A stretch of DNA of 64,000 nucleotides from Oikopleura dioica (GCA_907165135.1 OU015569.1:1054001-1118000), one strand, 5' to 3'. Shown: positions 30,608-42,677, counted from the first letter of the stretch. A program made the numbers and translations. The notes: generated from the sequence alone by a model not told the origin.

Positions 30608-32964
30608 CTAAAAGTCTTCTTTATACTTTGTTCTTCCGACGAAAAACAGGTGAAGAGCCCCAGCAAAATAGAAAGTGGCAGCAATAGTGAAGCCGAAAAT
30701 TCCCCAATTCGCGCCTTCTTGTATCGTCCGTTTTATCGCTTCTTCGCATCCGTACAGATTGCAGGACTCCGCGGGACATACATCTGCAACGGTCTGTTCG
30801 CCAGAACAAGTCATGTACTTATATTCTGGGTCGATTCCCCAAGCATGCATTCTGTAGCAAGCGCACAACTCGCCAATGAAATGTTCTGGCTCGCAGTATT
30901 TCTCAAACGCTTCCTAAAAGTATCGTCGTATTTCATGATCTAAAAATAAGTAAATTAATACCCGGGGATCTTCGTAAGCAGGCGAATAGTAGTCTCCATA
31001 GTAGTCGTAGTAAACTGAATTGTCTTCAACTCCGACCGTCATCGTTCTTTTCAATGAGTTAAAAATAAATTTCCAAGGCAGATGATATTTCTGATTTTAC
31101 GTAGAGAGGGGCTATCAATGATAGCCTATCATTCATCCAATATCTCTAGAATCTGGGCTAGTGGTTAGTGTTAGGGACTCGGAACTCTTAAGGGGGTGGG
31201 GGTAAGCCCACTGGCTTACGCCTTAGGTGGGGCGTAGCCCCTGAGTTAGGTTTAGGGTTAGGGGCAGCTCTAATGATAACTCCCTACTACCGATTTTTAA
31301 CTCTAGCCAAGGCCGATCGAGTCGCAGTACTCAAAATTTGTGGCGCAAATGACGTCGTGAAACTTTGACATCATCTTCTTCAAGTGCCGCTCGTCCAGTG
31401 TCTTGTAGATGATTTCGAACGCGCTGGAAAATGTACTTTTGTGGATTAATAAAATTTCCCTGTTGCTAATAGGCGGAAAGAATTTAATACAAAACAGTAG
31501 TCAAGGGCGTTGAACCAACCACAACAAGCATTTTTCCGTTGAAAGTCCTGCGCGTATTTATCATTCTTTTTAATTCAAAGCGACATAAACAAACCTCGAT
31601 CAGATCCCGCACGAGGCCATATCTGAGCAACCACACACTCCTTGCATTCTCGGTCAGAACTATTTTGATCGTTTCCCGCCTCGCGAACAGCAACAATAGC
31701 ACGAGCGAAGAGAGCAAAGTGCACCCGGCGATGTAAATTGTGTAAACCCAAAACGATCTTTTCGATTCTTTCAAAGGGGCCGCGAAAAATAGCTCGAACT
31801 CCTGGTATTTTCTTCCTTGTTCGCAAGCCCTCGCCTATCAAGATCGAGAAAAAGCCCAATGCACTGAAGAATGCCATGCCAGCTCCGACGGTGTTGGTCA
31901 AAACGAGCAAATCGTACGCTCCGTCAATATTTACGTGACTGTAATCGTCTTTTGCTGCTTGGTAAATCTCCGCCCAAGTCTTAATTTCAATTAAGTCTGA
32001 TCGAGCTCTTCACTTGTCCATAATTACAAGTCAATTAAAAAAATAGTTGAATTATTATAATTATTTATTATTATCAATAATAACTAATTTAATGATTAAA
32101 TAATCCAAATTAAATAATATAATAAAAAATAATTTGATAATAACAATAATTGACGATTTTCAATAAGGATTTCTGAGTGAAATCCTGACCCCCTTTTATT
32201 AGCTCATTGAAAAGAGCGTAAAAAGTTACCGAGAAGAGCCCTCAAAATCTTGATTTTTGTTGAAAATGACGTCACAGCACGTGATTGAAGTTCCAGAGTA
32301 CCGGATTTCTCCTACGCCCGCATTTCCAAGTCCTCTTAGCTACCCGGGCGTGTGATAGCTGAAAATGATCGTCTTGTTGAGCTCTAGGTCAGCATCTAGT
32401 TTTCATCACATTCCATTCATTTTTTCAACCCTTTTTGAAATCACCTGTTTGCTTAAAATATTGATTTTGAGAAAGAAAGGTTGAGAAGGGATGAAAAACG
32501 ATGCTGACCTAGAGCTCAACGAGACGATCATTTTCAGCTATCATACGCCCGGGTAGCTAAGAGGACTTGGAAATGCGGGCGTAGGAGAAATCCGGTACTT
32601 TGGAACTTCAATCACGTGCTGTGACGTCATCTTCAACAAAAATCAAGATTTTGAGAGCTCTTCTCGGTAACTTTTTACGCTCTTTTCAATGAGCTAATAA
32701 AAAAGGGGGGTCAGGATTTCACTCAGAAATCCTTATTGAAAATCGTCATTATTAGTATTTATTATATAAAATAAAAATAATTAAGCTAAATTAATTACCT
32801 CTGATTTTAAATACAAAAGCGTCCAGATAAACAAAACGAGTCCCGATAAAACGCCAACAATCGTGAAAAGATAGAGCCAAACTTTGGAGATTAATTTAAT
32901 ATTCATTTTATTTTCGGATGTTCAGCTTGTAGTAAAACTCTCTATAGGCCACAAATGGGGTCAT
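30608..32964 (-). CDS. Tetraspanin (peripherin/ROM1-like) with enlarged EC2 loop
   Basis: TM1 LWLYLFTIVGVLSGLVLFIWTLLYLKSE; TM2 LVLTNTVGAGMAFFSALGFFSILIG; TM3 FWVYTIYIAGCTLLSSLVLLLLF; CCG motif NACCGWFNALDY; LYGCEEAIKRTI then TM4 WGIFGFTIAATFYFAGALHLFF. The start exon and one internal exon phase are uncertain. Confidence 0.8.
31101..31290. mobile_element. MITE with TTAGGG-like and G-tract interior, copy 1 (tetraspanin intron)
   Basis: Ends gtagagaggggctatca / tgataactccctactac; interior ggttagtgttaggg, gggggtggggg, ttaggtttagggttagggg; homologous to 47449-47615. Confidence 0.7.
32152..32747. mobile_element. Young foldback element, about 245-bp near-identical arms (tetraspanin intron)
   Basis: 32152-32396 vs 32500-32747 are reverse complements with about five substitutions plus homopolymer indels (counted by eye); no clear TSD. 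Confidence 0.85.
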
Positions 32965-33057
32965 TTCTTTCGTTGTTTGCGACGGTAATGAGTGAATCCG
33001 AGTGAAAAAAGACAGTTGGACTAATATTTGTAGTGATTCGAAGGTGCATCACATGAA

Positions 33058-35350
33058 ATGAAGAGTCTTTTCTTGCTTTTCTTAGGAAAGATCTGCAAGT
33101 TTATGGTGTTTGCTTTTCGGTAAGTAAATTTGGCGAAAGTCGAAGTTTCCCGTTTTACAGTTCTTTGAAATTTATCACTACAGATCAACACCACGTTAGA
33201 GAACTTCAAGTTGTGGTAGTAGGAAGGAAGAGAAAAGCATAGCTAATTCTAAACAAGTTTTCTCGTGTCGTAGAAAACATTGTCCCTCCGGTCTTTATCA
33301 AGTTAAATATGGGAACTTTCCACTTCCTTATCATTCTCAAGAACTCTCCACCTGGATTAGCCCCTCGATATGATGTAGCTTTGTCAGAACTTGACTTCTT
33401 CCTGCCCAATTTAAGATAATAACACATAGGTTTTTATAATATATAATATATATTATATATATATATATAATTATATAATATTTAATAATATCAAATATAT
33501 TATTAAATATAATTATATATAATTAAAAATATAATACGTATATAATATATAATATAGGTTTTTATGGTGTGAGTAACACTATCCATAAATTTATAAAAGC
33601 AGTATTCTTCGTCTAATTCGTCTTGATCTGACTTTTGTGAACTATTTTAGGGAGCGCGTGGAGCAGCAGCAGCAGCTTCGGACAATCAATCTCAATTTAC
33701 CTGTGCCGAAATACTTTGATTTACTTTTGTTTAGACGCGTTTTTAAAAAGGGAGCGTCCTCAAGGATACCAATTATCTCGGATTGAGCTCAGTCTTTTTC
33801 TGCTGCAATCAAGCTTGTTTTCAACATAACTTTTGCGTCTTTGAAAACTGACATTGTTTAGGAAATGCGACTAGATTGGTGTTTTACGAAGTTTTGTGTT
33901 TAACATCTATTATCGCTTCTTAAACTTATCGGCAACGGATGGAAGTTGGAGTAGATACGGCAATTCGGCGATTTAAAATCATCCTCAGCTAATTCTTCTT
34001 CAAAACAGATGCCTTGACTAATGCTTGACTAAATTGATCGACGAATATATACAGTCAAATAGGTTTATTTGCGAGTTATTCATTTTTTACATTTTTACGC
34101 AGTCGTGTAGGGGTCCAAATCTTGGCTGTTTTTCTTGCGACAAGGCAGCGATTCTTTGAGGTTTTTTCCGAAGAGCGAGTATCTGCACGCGTCGTAGCAG
34201 ACTATTACGCACAGAAGCAGCAAGATACACCCTTAAATAAAAAGTAGAGAAGTTATCGTCTCACTGGCCCGTATTAAGGGGAGCGAGTTAATTATAATTC
34301 CCTCGTTCGCACGTGTAATTTAAATCCGTCTAAGAGGCCAGGATAGACGATAGCGTATATTTGTCCCAAAACGCTGCGTCCACTCTGCGACTCTGCAAAT
34401 ATCTGGTACTCACCCGTGATAAGCTCTGCCGTTAGGGTTCACTATAATTTGAACATCCTAATCCTCTTCCTTTCAAAGCTATCATCTTTCTTTCTAATTA
34501 ATTTTTTTTTTGGTAATAATGAGCACGAAAACCTAAATCATGAATCAAATGACGGGTAGACCCAAATTTGGTTGATCTTCTATAATTAAATTTTGCTAAA
34601 ATTTTTTTTGAAATTCGAAATTTCAGCTTTCATAGGAAATAGAGAAAGGTCTAAAGTTTTTGTTTCCAAAGTAAAATGAGGGTGTTACTATAATAATTTT
34701 CGGAGAAAAATCTGACGGAAAATGGCAATTCTTGACATCTACCACCTTAAGCAAATATACAGAGTAACTATCAGACTGTAATTTGCATTACTCTTGCTCA
34801 TTGACAATTATCAACAAGTCTGTCCGTAATAAACAAAAGTGATTATTACAAATGTATTCAAGCATCGAGGACCTTAAAGTACCCGACGTCATTTCGCTCT
34901 TATCTCTAGAATATTCCCAATCCGTTCCATCAGTGCTTCGAACTCCCTTTTCAGCTACTTCTGATCAAAAAAAGGTTTTCGACAGACGGGGTTTTTTCAG
35001 TCGGGAAAAAGGGAGTTCGCGATTCATTTGCTACTCGAGTGCTATTATTTTAAGCCCCATCTGTAGAATCAACAGTGTACAGGTAGATCCCCAAGAGAAA
35101 GACTCCACTTGAAGCTGCCTTACCCATGGCGAAGATAATGCAATTAATGATGATGTGCGCGTCACCCTCGATGACATCGCTGAACTCTTCGTCTCTAGAA
35201 AATGCGATAACACCAAGCTTTCGTATTCTACTTCCTACTTTTCTCTGGAATAAACTGTCATGAGTTGAAGCCGCAGTCAATCGCGCCTTCCATCGACGTC
35301 CAGCCCAGCCTCCTAAAAAAAGAAAACAATTTGCAAAAGTGAAGAAATAA
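33058..35350 (+). CDS. Putative uncharacterised multi-exon gene
   Basis: Chain of protein-like exons bounded by splice sites: ERVEQQQQLRTINLNLP (about 33650), SRVGVQILAVFLATRQRFFEVFSEERVSARVVADYYAQKQQD (34100-34240), ARIDDSVYLSQNAASTLRLCKYL, CLTHGEDNAINDDVRVTLDDIAELFVS, EAAVNRAFHRRPAQPPKKRKQFAKVKK* (TAA 35348-35350). Start and joins not resolved. Confidence 0.45.
33426..33565. repeat. A/T-only microsatellite-like tract bracketed by a 12-bp direct repeat
   Basis: ataggtttttat at 33426-33437 and 33554-33565 around an almost pure TA/TAA tract. Confidence 0.6.
34585..34746. mobile_element. Truncated right half of TTAA MITE family C
   Basis: Matches the right arm of 38003-38289 and 42678-43051 (gaaatagagaaaggtctaaagtttttgtttccaaagtaaaat...attcttgacatctaccacc) and ends at TTAA 34747-34750. 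Confidence 0.75.
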
Positions 35351-35705
35351 TCCCCAATACGTTTTCACCGCACGCCGGTAAGAATATAACGATAATACCT
35401 TGACGGTGGGGATAATTATTATTGCCTTCCAGAAAATCCCGTTTCTCTTCTTCTTCGGCGAACAAGAACAAGTTATAAGAGTATTCAAAAATGAAGTACT
35501 GCGAGTACCGTGTGTGCTCGAACTTATTCACCGCGGAGCACATTAGCTATTTAACGCAAGAAGAGCCAAAGGAACTTTTTGATTAATCGCTAATGGACGG
35601 CTTTTTTAGAAGAAAATTAAGGACCCCCCATCAAGAATTGCGAAAATGGGCCTCTTAGGAGCAAGTTTTTCTCCGAGGCTATCTTAGATATACCCTTAAT
35701 CTTAA

Positions 35706-36460
35706 GGATATACCCGGTAAAATTGAACTTTCATAGCGCCTAAATACGAAGTCGGATCATTTTTACTTCAAAAGCAATCCTACTTAAAATTGTGCGTTAA
35801 ATTCAATTCTGGTACTTTTTTGGAAATTTTCATAAGAATTTTCCTCTCTAGAGCGATTTGAAAACGAAGTCTCTCGATTTCTCGAAATTTTTCCACTAAA
35901 TTGCTAAAACTGAACCGTGTTCTGTATTGCAATGATGCAAAGCTACAAAATTGATGGGATCAAATTCTTAAACTCGATTGAATTTTCATTCTAGTGTTCT
36001 CTTCTTTTATACCCTTGTTTTTCTTCTCTGCGCATTTTTTCGCGTGCTACCAATCAGAGCGGTGCGCTCAACCACGCACTTTCTCTCGGAAAAGAGGACT
36101 CGAGTGAGCGAGCTCCCAGCGCGCCGCTTTGTAGAGCTTTCACGCGCTGAGTAGCCCTCAGTGAAATGGCTCTAGAATCGGTTTCCTTCGGAATTAACGA
36201 AAAGTATACCATCAAAATTGTAGATAAAGGTGTAAAGAACTTATCTATCGAAAAATCTCGACCGATTTAGTCCAAAAATTTCGAGTAATCGAGAGAGTAA
36301 GATTTGAAATCGCTCTAAAGAGAAAAATTCAAATGAGAAAATATAAATAAGTACCGAATTTGAGTTCTACGTGCATTTTAACGTAGAATTGCTTTTGAAA
36401 TATAAATGATCCTACGTCGCATTTCGACGCTATGAAAGTTCAATTTTATCGGGTATATCC
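35706..36460. mobile_element. TTAA-TSD, GG-ended MITE (Kolobok-like), about 200-bp degenerate TIRs
   Basis: TTAA 35702-35705 and 36461-36464; ggatatacccggtaaaattgaactttcatagcg / cgctatgaaagttcaattttatcgggtatatcc. Confidence 0.85.
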
Positions 36461-37058
36461 TTAATTGAAACTTTAAGATCCAACCCTCGACTACAACCGT
36501 TCCCCTTATGATGATCTCTTGATCAATAACTTAAGGATATACAGGCCGTTAAAGGACAGGTTGCTAGGAGTAAGCTTTTTTAGGGTTTTTATTTGAGGGA
36601 AACCCTTAATTTTCTCACCTTTTGATATTTATTAGAAACTATTCTCTCTCCAATTAACTTTGAATCTCAGAACTCTGAATCTGAATCTTCGAAGAAAAAG
36701 ACAATTTCACCGAACTTGTAACTTTTTTTTTTATAATTTTGATCCAAAGGTCACTGCGCACCGAAGCGGCATCTAGCGACAGCGTTAAGCATTGAGCAAC
36801 TCGACTTAGTTCTAATTTATTCTCTTCTTTTTGTCTGGGGCCTGCTGGTAATTAGCAGCAATGTTTGATTTATAATGAAAGTAATCAGCAGCAAAAAGTT
36901 TTTGTCAGACTGTTGCTCTTAATTATTCCTCCCGTTCATCAGAAACAAACCTGTGCATAGACGATGAGCTTTTCCTATTTTCTATTCTCAAAATAAATGA
37001 CATCTCACAGCGGAGATGTCAAATATTTCCTAGTAGACGTTCATTCAAGTATCATAAG

Positions 37059-37296
37059 CTGGGCTCGGCAACCTGAGTAGAAAACCTGATTCAGGGTTTT
37101 AAAGGGCAAAATGAAAAGCCGCGTAGCGCCTTTTCTGAAACGAAGCCGCGAGGCGGCTTCGCCAAAGTTACCAACTCAATGTATTATTTTGACTAGCGAA
37201 GCCGCTTTGCGGCTTCGTTTAAAAGCCGCTATGCGGCTTTTTATTTTACCCTTTAGAACCCTGACTCAGGTTTTCTACTCAGGTTGCCGAGCTCAG
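37059..37296. mobile_element. hAT-like palindromic MITE family B, copy 2
   Basis: ctgggctcggcaacctgagtagaaaacc / ggttttctactcaggttgccgagctcag; TSD decayed. Confidence 0.85.
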
Positions 37297-38002
37297 ATTT
37301 AAAACAGGGAGTTTACTTTTCAATATGAAAACTTAGCGGAAAATTTTTTTCGGTACCTACAATTTAAGATTTGTCGCTGCCATCCGTTGTTAAAATCAGA
37401 TGAAGCTACTTCCAAATGATGAGTTCGTCGATCGTTGATGACACCCAGTAGCAGGAGAATATGGAACAATCCGTTCGAGCAAAAAATGACTTTAGCCGAG
37501 AATTTGGTTTGGCCGAGAATCAATCCCCAAGTAAGCCGCAAATCGAGTGCGCGAAAAAGTTTGACAGTTGATCGACAGTTCAAATTAAGCATGTAAATTG
37601 CGCCTTCCAAAGTGATTTACAACTGTAGTTGCGCTCTATACAAACTCGCTTCTGTTATTGAAGGTGAATAAATCATTCGAAGTTCTTTTGAAATTGTTGC
37701 TTCAATAAGTGATGAAATGAGCCAGATGCTGGAATTATACTGTCCAATCGTTCTTGTCACGATCCAGTGTTTTTTCAGATTGCAACATATGGTCTTTGGA
37801 TGGGTGTAGTTTCTTAAAACAGATTTCAGTTGACGCTCGCCGACGTTCCTTTGAAGGGAGTAAATCATTGATGCTCTCTCCCATTCAGCAGCTTTTACTA
37901 AGACGATCAACTCTGTATGTACACTAGAAAGGACTTATTTATCTTGCAAGGTGTATCTCTAATGCATCTCTTTGCCATCAACAATTTTAACCCTGGCGTT
38001 AA

Positions 38003-38289
38003 GGGAGTAGATATCAAGAATCGCCATTTTCCGTCAGACTTTTCTCCCAAAGTTAAAATAGTAACACCCTATTTTACTTTGAAAACAAGAATTTAGACCT
38101 TTCTCTGTTTCCTATGGAAGCTGAAATTTCAAATTTTGTTAAAAATTTTTGTCAAATTCGAAATTTTGGCTTCCATAGGAAATAGAGAAAGGTCTAAAGT
38201 TTTTGTTTCCAAAGTAAAATAAGGGTGTCACTATTTTAACTTTTGGAGAAAAGTGTGACAGAAAATGGCGATTCTTGATATCTACCTCC
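38003..38289. mobile_element. TTAA MITE family C (fully palindromic)
   Basis: TTAA 37999-38002 and 38290-38293; TIR gggagtagatatcaagaatcgccatttt / aaaatggcgattcttgatatctacctcc. Confidence 0.88.
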
Positions 38290-38722
38290 TTAAAGCGGGG
38301 TAAATACTGTTAAACCAATTATCATCAAGTGTTTTCTCGTTGGCTTCACTGGTTTCAGCCGTTATCTACTATTTCTCCTGTCCGTTCTTTCTTTTGTTCA
38401 CAGAAAGAAGTGGTCTAAAATACGAATTATTTCTCTTTTTGTTGACTCTATTCGGGAATCGAAGCGGATTCCGTTAGGAGATTTCTTTTGTAGCTTATCG
38501 CAGAAAATATTTTCCAAAAGCGGGAAAACCCGTTCACCGAAATCAACCGCGGCCAAATAGCTGAGACAAATTCATGCGGCAACCTGGGCGAAGAGAAAGT
38601 TGTTCCTCAAAATTGGTACCGCGCGGCGGTTCGTTCCCTGAAAACTCAACAATTTCACCTCACATTTTTATTACCGGTCAATGCGGGGCGTTTGTGATTC
38701 TTTTGCTAAACACTGACTCTGT

Positions 38723-38812
38723 AGCGAATGTCTCCAGATGTCCCGAATGTTCCCGAATGTCCTCAAATGTCTCCAAATGTCCCCGAATGTCCCGAATGTG
38801 GGGACATTCGCT
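38723..38812. repeat. 10-bp tandem repeat (AATGTCCCCG-like) closed by an inverted terminal unit
   Basis: agcgaatgtc ... about 7 units ... gacattcgct; same unit at 58010-58060. Confidence 0.65.
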
Positions 38813-39002
38813 CCATTACAAGGGCTTTCCGATTCTTTCGCAGTTTATTCATTTCGCCCTTTTTCAATTAAATGGTGGAATGTTTTTGGGAAAATGTAAA
38901 GTTCCACCGCGTGGCTGTCCGTGTTTGACGATAAGCGAACACCGAAATCCGTTTCTCAAAGACGCTTTTGTCTTTTTCTGACGACCTTAAGTTTTCTTTT
39001 TT

Positions 39003-39119
39003 GGGATAAACCAATTTATGGAATTGATTTTATGGATCAGGGTTTTGATTGGCCGGTAGGCCAAATACAGCAATCTTATTGGTGATCCAAAAATGCATTT
39101 CCATAAATTGGTTTAGTCC
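39003..39119. mobile_element. GG-ended about 115-bp MITE (same family as 24203-24319), solo copy
   Basis: gggataaaccaatttatggaa...ttccataaattggtttagtcc with the ggttttgattggccggtagg core. Confidence 0.8.
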
Positions 39120-40167
39120 TTTTTTTGTTAGATAAAATAATGGAAGCCCTTTTTCCTCCCTTTTGGATATTCCAACTGAAAATTTCTCTGATCAACTGTA
39201 ACCTTCGTGAACAGTGTAATTGTCAGAAAGAGTTTAAAGTTGTTTGCTCGTGCGGCAAATTTCACTGCCCGTTTATGCAACGTTCGGCGAAAAATAGGGG
39301 GCCGCCTTAATTTCAGCCCTGAAGAGAGACTGCGGCCCAAAGCCGGAATACATGGCTACGTGTCTTTACTTTCAAAAGCAGTTACAAGAAAAGTAGCACC
39401 CCGGCTGATCGTCGAAGACCCTGTCAAGCCCTTCAAATTGGCGTTTATAGCTGATCTTTTAGGGATTACCTGCTGCGCCAAGCGCAACGGGTTCAATATA
39501 GGGCAGACTGGAGCTGATGAATTTTACCTGGAAAAGTCGGCCAATTTTCATTTTCATTGTGTTAGCGTTTTATTAACAAAAATCGGCCGTGGTGTTGAGT
39601 TGATATAATCATTATTTTGGCCGTGCAAGTTTTCGAGCGAGCACGTGCTCATTCATGATAACATGCGACGAATAAAAACGGCAGTTCCTTCAACCTTCCC
39701 GCAAGTTAGTGTCATCTCATGATCCTGTGTTGAACACGTGAAGGGCCCTAAACAGTCGAATACCGGGCTAGATTTGCCCCTCGCTACTATTAAACGTGCT
39801 CGCTGGTAACACGTTATTTTTGGCCAGAGCTCAGCTTGTAGGAAACCAGGTGCAGCGAGAAAGGACATGCCACAGATTTATCCAAAGGTCTCATGCATGA
39901 AAATGACTCATACTTAGTAAAAGTTAATTTTACTTTTCAAAAAGAGGTCTTATTACAAAAAAAGGATGAAAATTTGGGTTTAAGCTAATTTAATATAGAA
40001 TAATTAATAAAATAAATAAAGAATTAATAATTAAATTTATATATAATAATTATAATATAAATATAATAATAAATTATTAAATAATAATTATGTATAATAT
40101 AATATTAAAAATTAACTAATTAACTAATTTAATAATAAATAATTAATTAATTTAATTAAAACATTAA

Positions 40168-40551
40168 GGGGGTAGAAACAGCTTTCTCGATTTGGGACTG
40201 AAGCTACATAAAAGAAAACATCAGATTTATTTATGTTTACAGAGTTTCCTCATAAATGTTCCTAAAAAGGGGTTCAGCTTCACAAAAATGTTAATGAAAT
40301 TTGTTCTCCTATTACGTGACTCGAGATATTCGAGGTTGAAAATCTGCGAAAATCGAGAATTTCGGAGAGATGAGTTGCTTCTGAGCCCGCTTACTCAAAA
40401 ATTTGATGACCAAAACAAATTTCGAGGTAGATGTTCCTAGGTCTATGAAGTTTCTTTCTAAATATGAAGAGAAAAATTGAAAATCTAAGATTTTCTTGTC
40501 TGTAGCGCCAGTCAAAAATCGCCTATTTTCGAAAAAGCTGTTTCTACCCCC
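40168..40551. mobile_element. TTAA-TSD, GG-ended MITE (another Kolobok-like family)
   Basis: TTAA 40164-40167 and 40552-40555; gggggtagaaacagctttctcga / tcgaaaaagctgtttctaccccc. Confidence 0.8.
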
Positions 40552-41169
40552 TTAAATTTGACCTTTCGTTCTTTTAAAATATTCAGAAATATTCAGATCG
40601 CGTATTTTGAGTTGCTAATTTTAAGACGGAAATTATTTTTCGAGTTTTGAGATTCAAGTTTTGCCATTGCGGATTTAAAACTTTACTGAAATCCTAATAT
40701 CAAAACGTGGGACCTGCCGTAGCAGTGTAAAATTATGTTTGATGGCGTTTGTAGCGACAACGCGACCCATAATATTTTACGAAAAAGAGATTGAGCTAAC
40801 TGCGCCAGAGTCGGCCCGTTTGCGAGGTCTATTGAACTCGCTACTAAGTGAACGAAATCGTTTTTTAGCTTTGAGGACAAGCAGCTATTAGCGAGAAGTC
40901 GCCGTCTTCGAGCCTCTTCCTTCCAGCGACAGCGTTATTGAAGCCGCTACTAATTGCGGCGCGTGTTTGAATTGGCGTGGCACTGTAGCGTAAATTTTGC
41001 TCCATTTACGTTTCAAATATGAAACACGATAAGAATTTAGAATGGGCGCCTTTGCTCCAAAATCCGAGATAAGAAACTAATCATTCCATCCACGTGATCA
41101 ACTAACTGCGCACTTTTTCAAGTCTTTCACTTTTTCCAAAATGAATTTTAAAGTATCTAGTCCATTTCT

Positions 41170-41405
41170 GGCACAAATCAAAAGAATTGCATTTTTGAAA
41201 GACCAATAAGATTGCTGGATTTGGCCTACCGACCAATTAAAATCCAGATCCAGAAAATCACTTCCTTTTCTTGGTTATCCCCATTTCTTGGGTTAAACGA
41301 ATTTATGGAAGTGATTTTATGGATCAGGGTTTTGATTGGCCGGTAGGCCAAATACAGCAATCTTATTGGTCTTCCAAAATCCACTTCCATAAATTGGTTT
41401 AGTCC
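41170..41405. mobile_element. Second double insertion of the GG-ended 115-bp MITE family sharing one target
   Basis: catttct(t) at 41163, 41282 and 41406; elements 41170-41281 and 41290-41405 in opposite orientation. Confidence 0.75.
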
Positions 41406-41655
41406 CATTTCTTTGGGCTAGCTGGCTGAGCTATCTTCGTTTATATGATCGAGACCGAAATTGAGGTCATCCGGGGACTTTCAAGCGTTACTCTCATGCA
41501 TAAGTAAGTACCTCTTCTGTCAGAAACTTCTTATAAAATACTTAAACTCATACAAACTTTACGAGGTACTGAAAAATTGCTCCCATAGCTGCAATTTGGT
41601 TCTACCCTAAAATTCTAGCGCTTAGAAAATAGTCATGATGTAAAGGTCATAATAA

Positions 41656-41772
41656 GGGTCTAACCAATTAATGGAAGCTATTTTATGGATCAGGGTTTTG
41701 ATTGGCCGGTAGGAAAAATACAGCAATCTTATTGGTTATCCAAAAATGCACTTCCATAAATTGGTTAAGTCC
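41656..41772. mobile_element. GG-ended about 115-bp MITE, solo copy
   Basis: gggtctaaccaattaatggaag...cttccataaattggttaagtcc. Confidence 0.8.
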
Positions 41773-42677
41773 CATTTAAAAGGCCTTGAGACCCTTATTA
41801 TTAAATTTTCTAAAGGACGATTCTAGTTCTACTAAGGTACTAGTACAAGGTCTCTAAAGAAGATTCGACTACCTAGTGGTAGCATGCAGAAAATAGCTAT
41901 TTACCGACCTACTTCGAGCTTCAATTTTCTGAGCCGCAAAGCTCACGAAAGGCTCAATTTAATTTGACTAATATGACACGGAATCACCTGACATCATGTA
42001 ATTTTACTAGCTGGAACAAATTACTAGACGTTATCGACTTCACTTTCTCCGGAAGGGCGAATTAGACCGCAGAGCTAAAATCCACAACACAACGAATTTT
42101 CAAATAACAATAAATGATGACAAAGGGGAGGGACTTAAAGTTCGGAAAAGGTCCTTTAGTTTGCTAGCTGGAATAAGCAGCCTCTAAACTAAGTGCTTTG
42201 TTTTCGTATCCTCGTGGTCGAGAGTTTTTACATAATTTCGGCGGCGCTTTTCTAAAAGAAAGAAATATAAGCTAATAGCTTGATTTCTTGAGCAAATCTT
42301 ACGAATTCTAGGCGCTTTTAGAACCTGGCCGGTTGAGTGCCACCTGATCAAGACGCACATTTCAAGTCTCGAATGTCAGCCAGAACAAGTGCCCCGAGTG
42401 CTATAAGTTGGCTCATATCTCCTTTTATTATATGATAATATACGTTGTTCAGTTTTGCTTCCGCCTTAGCCAGATCGAGTTTTCGACAAGGAGCTGCATC
42501 TATTTTCGAAATAGCTTCTTTTAAAGCTTCTGCCCGCGTTCACCAAACAGTAACATTTCGAATTACCATAAGATGCACTTGTTATTGCTTGTAAATCGAA
42601 GCTAGATTTTGACACCTGATAGCTTTTGCCCGTTTGCTGTTTTTAGGCTACTGCAGTTCTAGTTTAAGACTGTTTAA

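Noticed and set aside
34090-35543. Alternative - strand gene model (ORFs 35050-35280, 35313-35543)
   Set aside because: Exon phases are inconsistent and give stops; the + strand reading is more coherent.
42385-42430. CPECYKLAHIS resembling a gag CCHC zinc knuckle; also RCSLCKE near 45190
   Set aside because: Last Cys missing, no flanking gag/pol frame or LTRs; at most a decayed relic.
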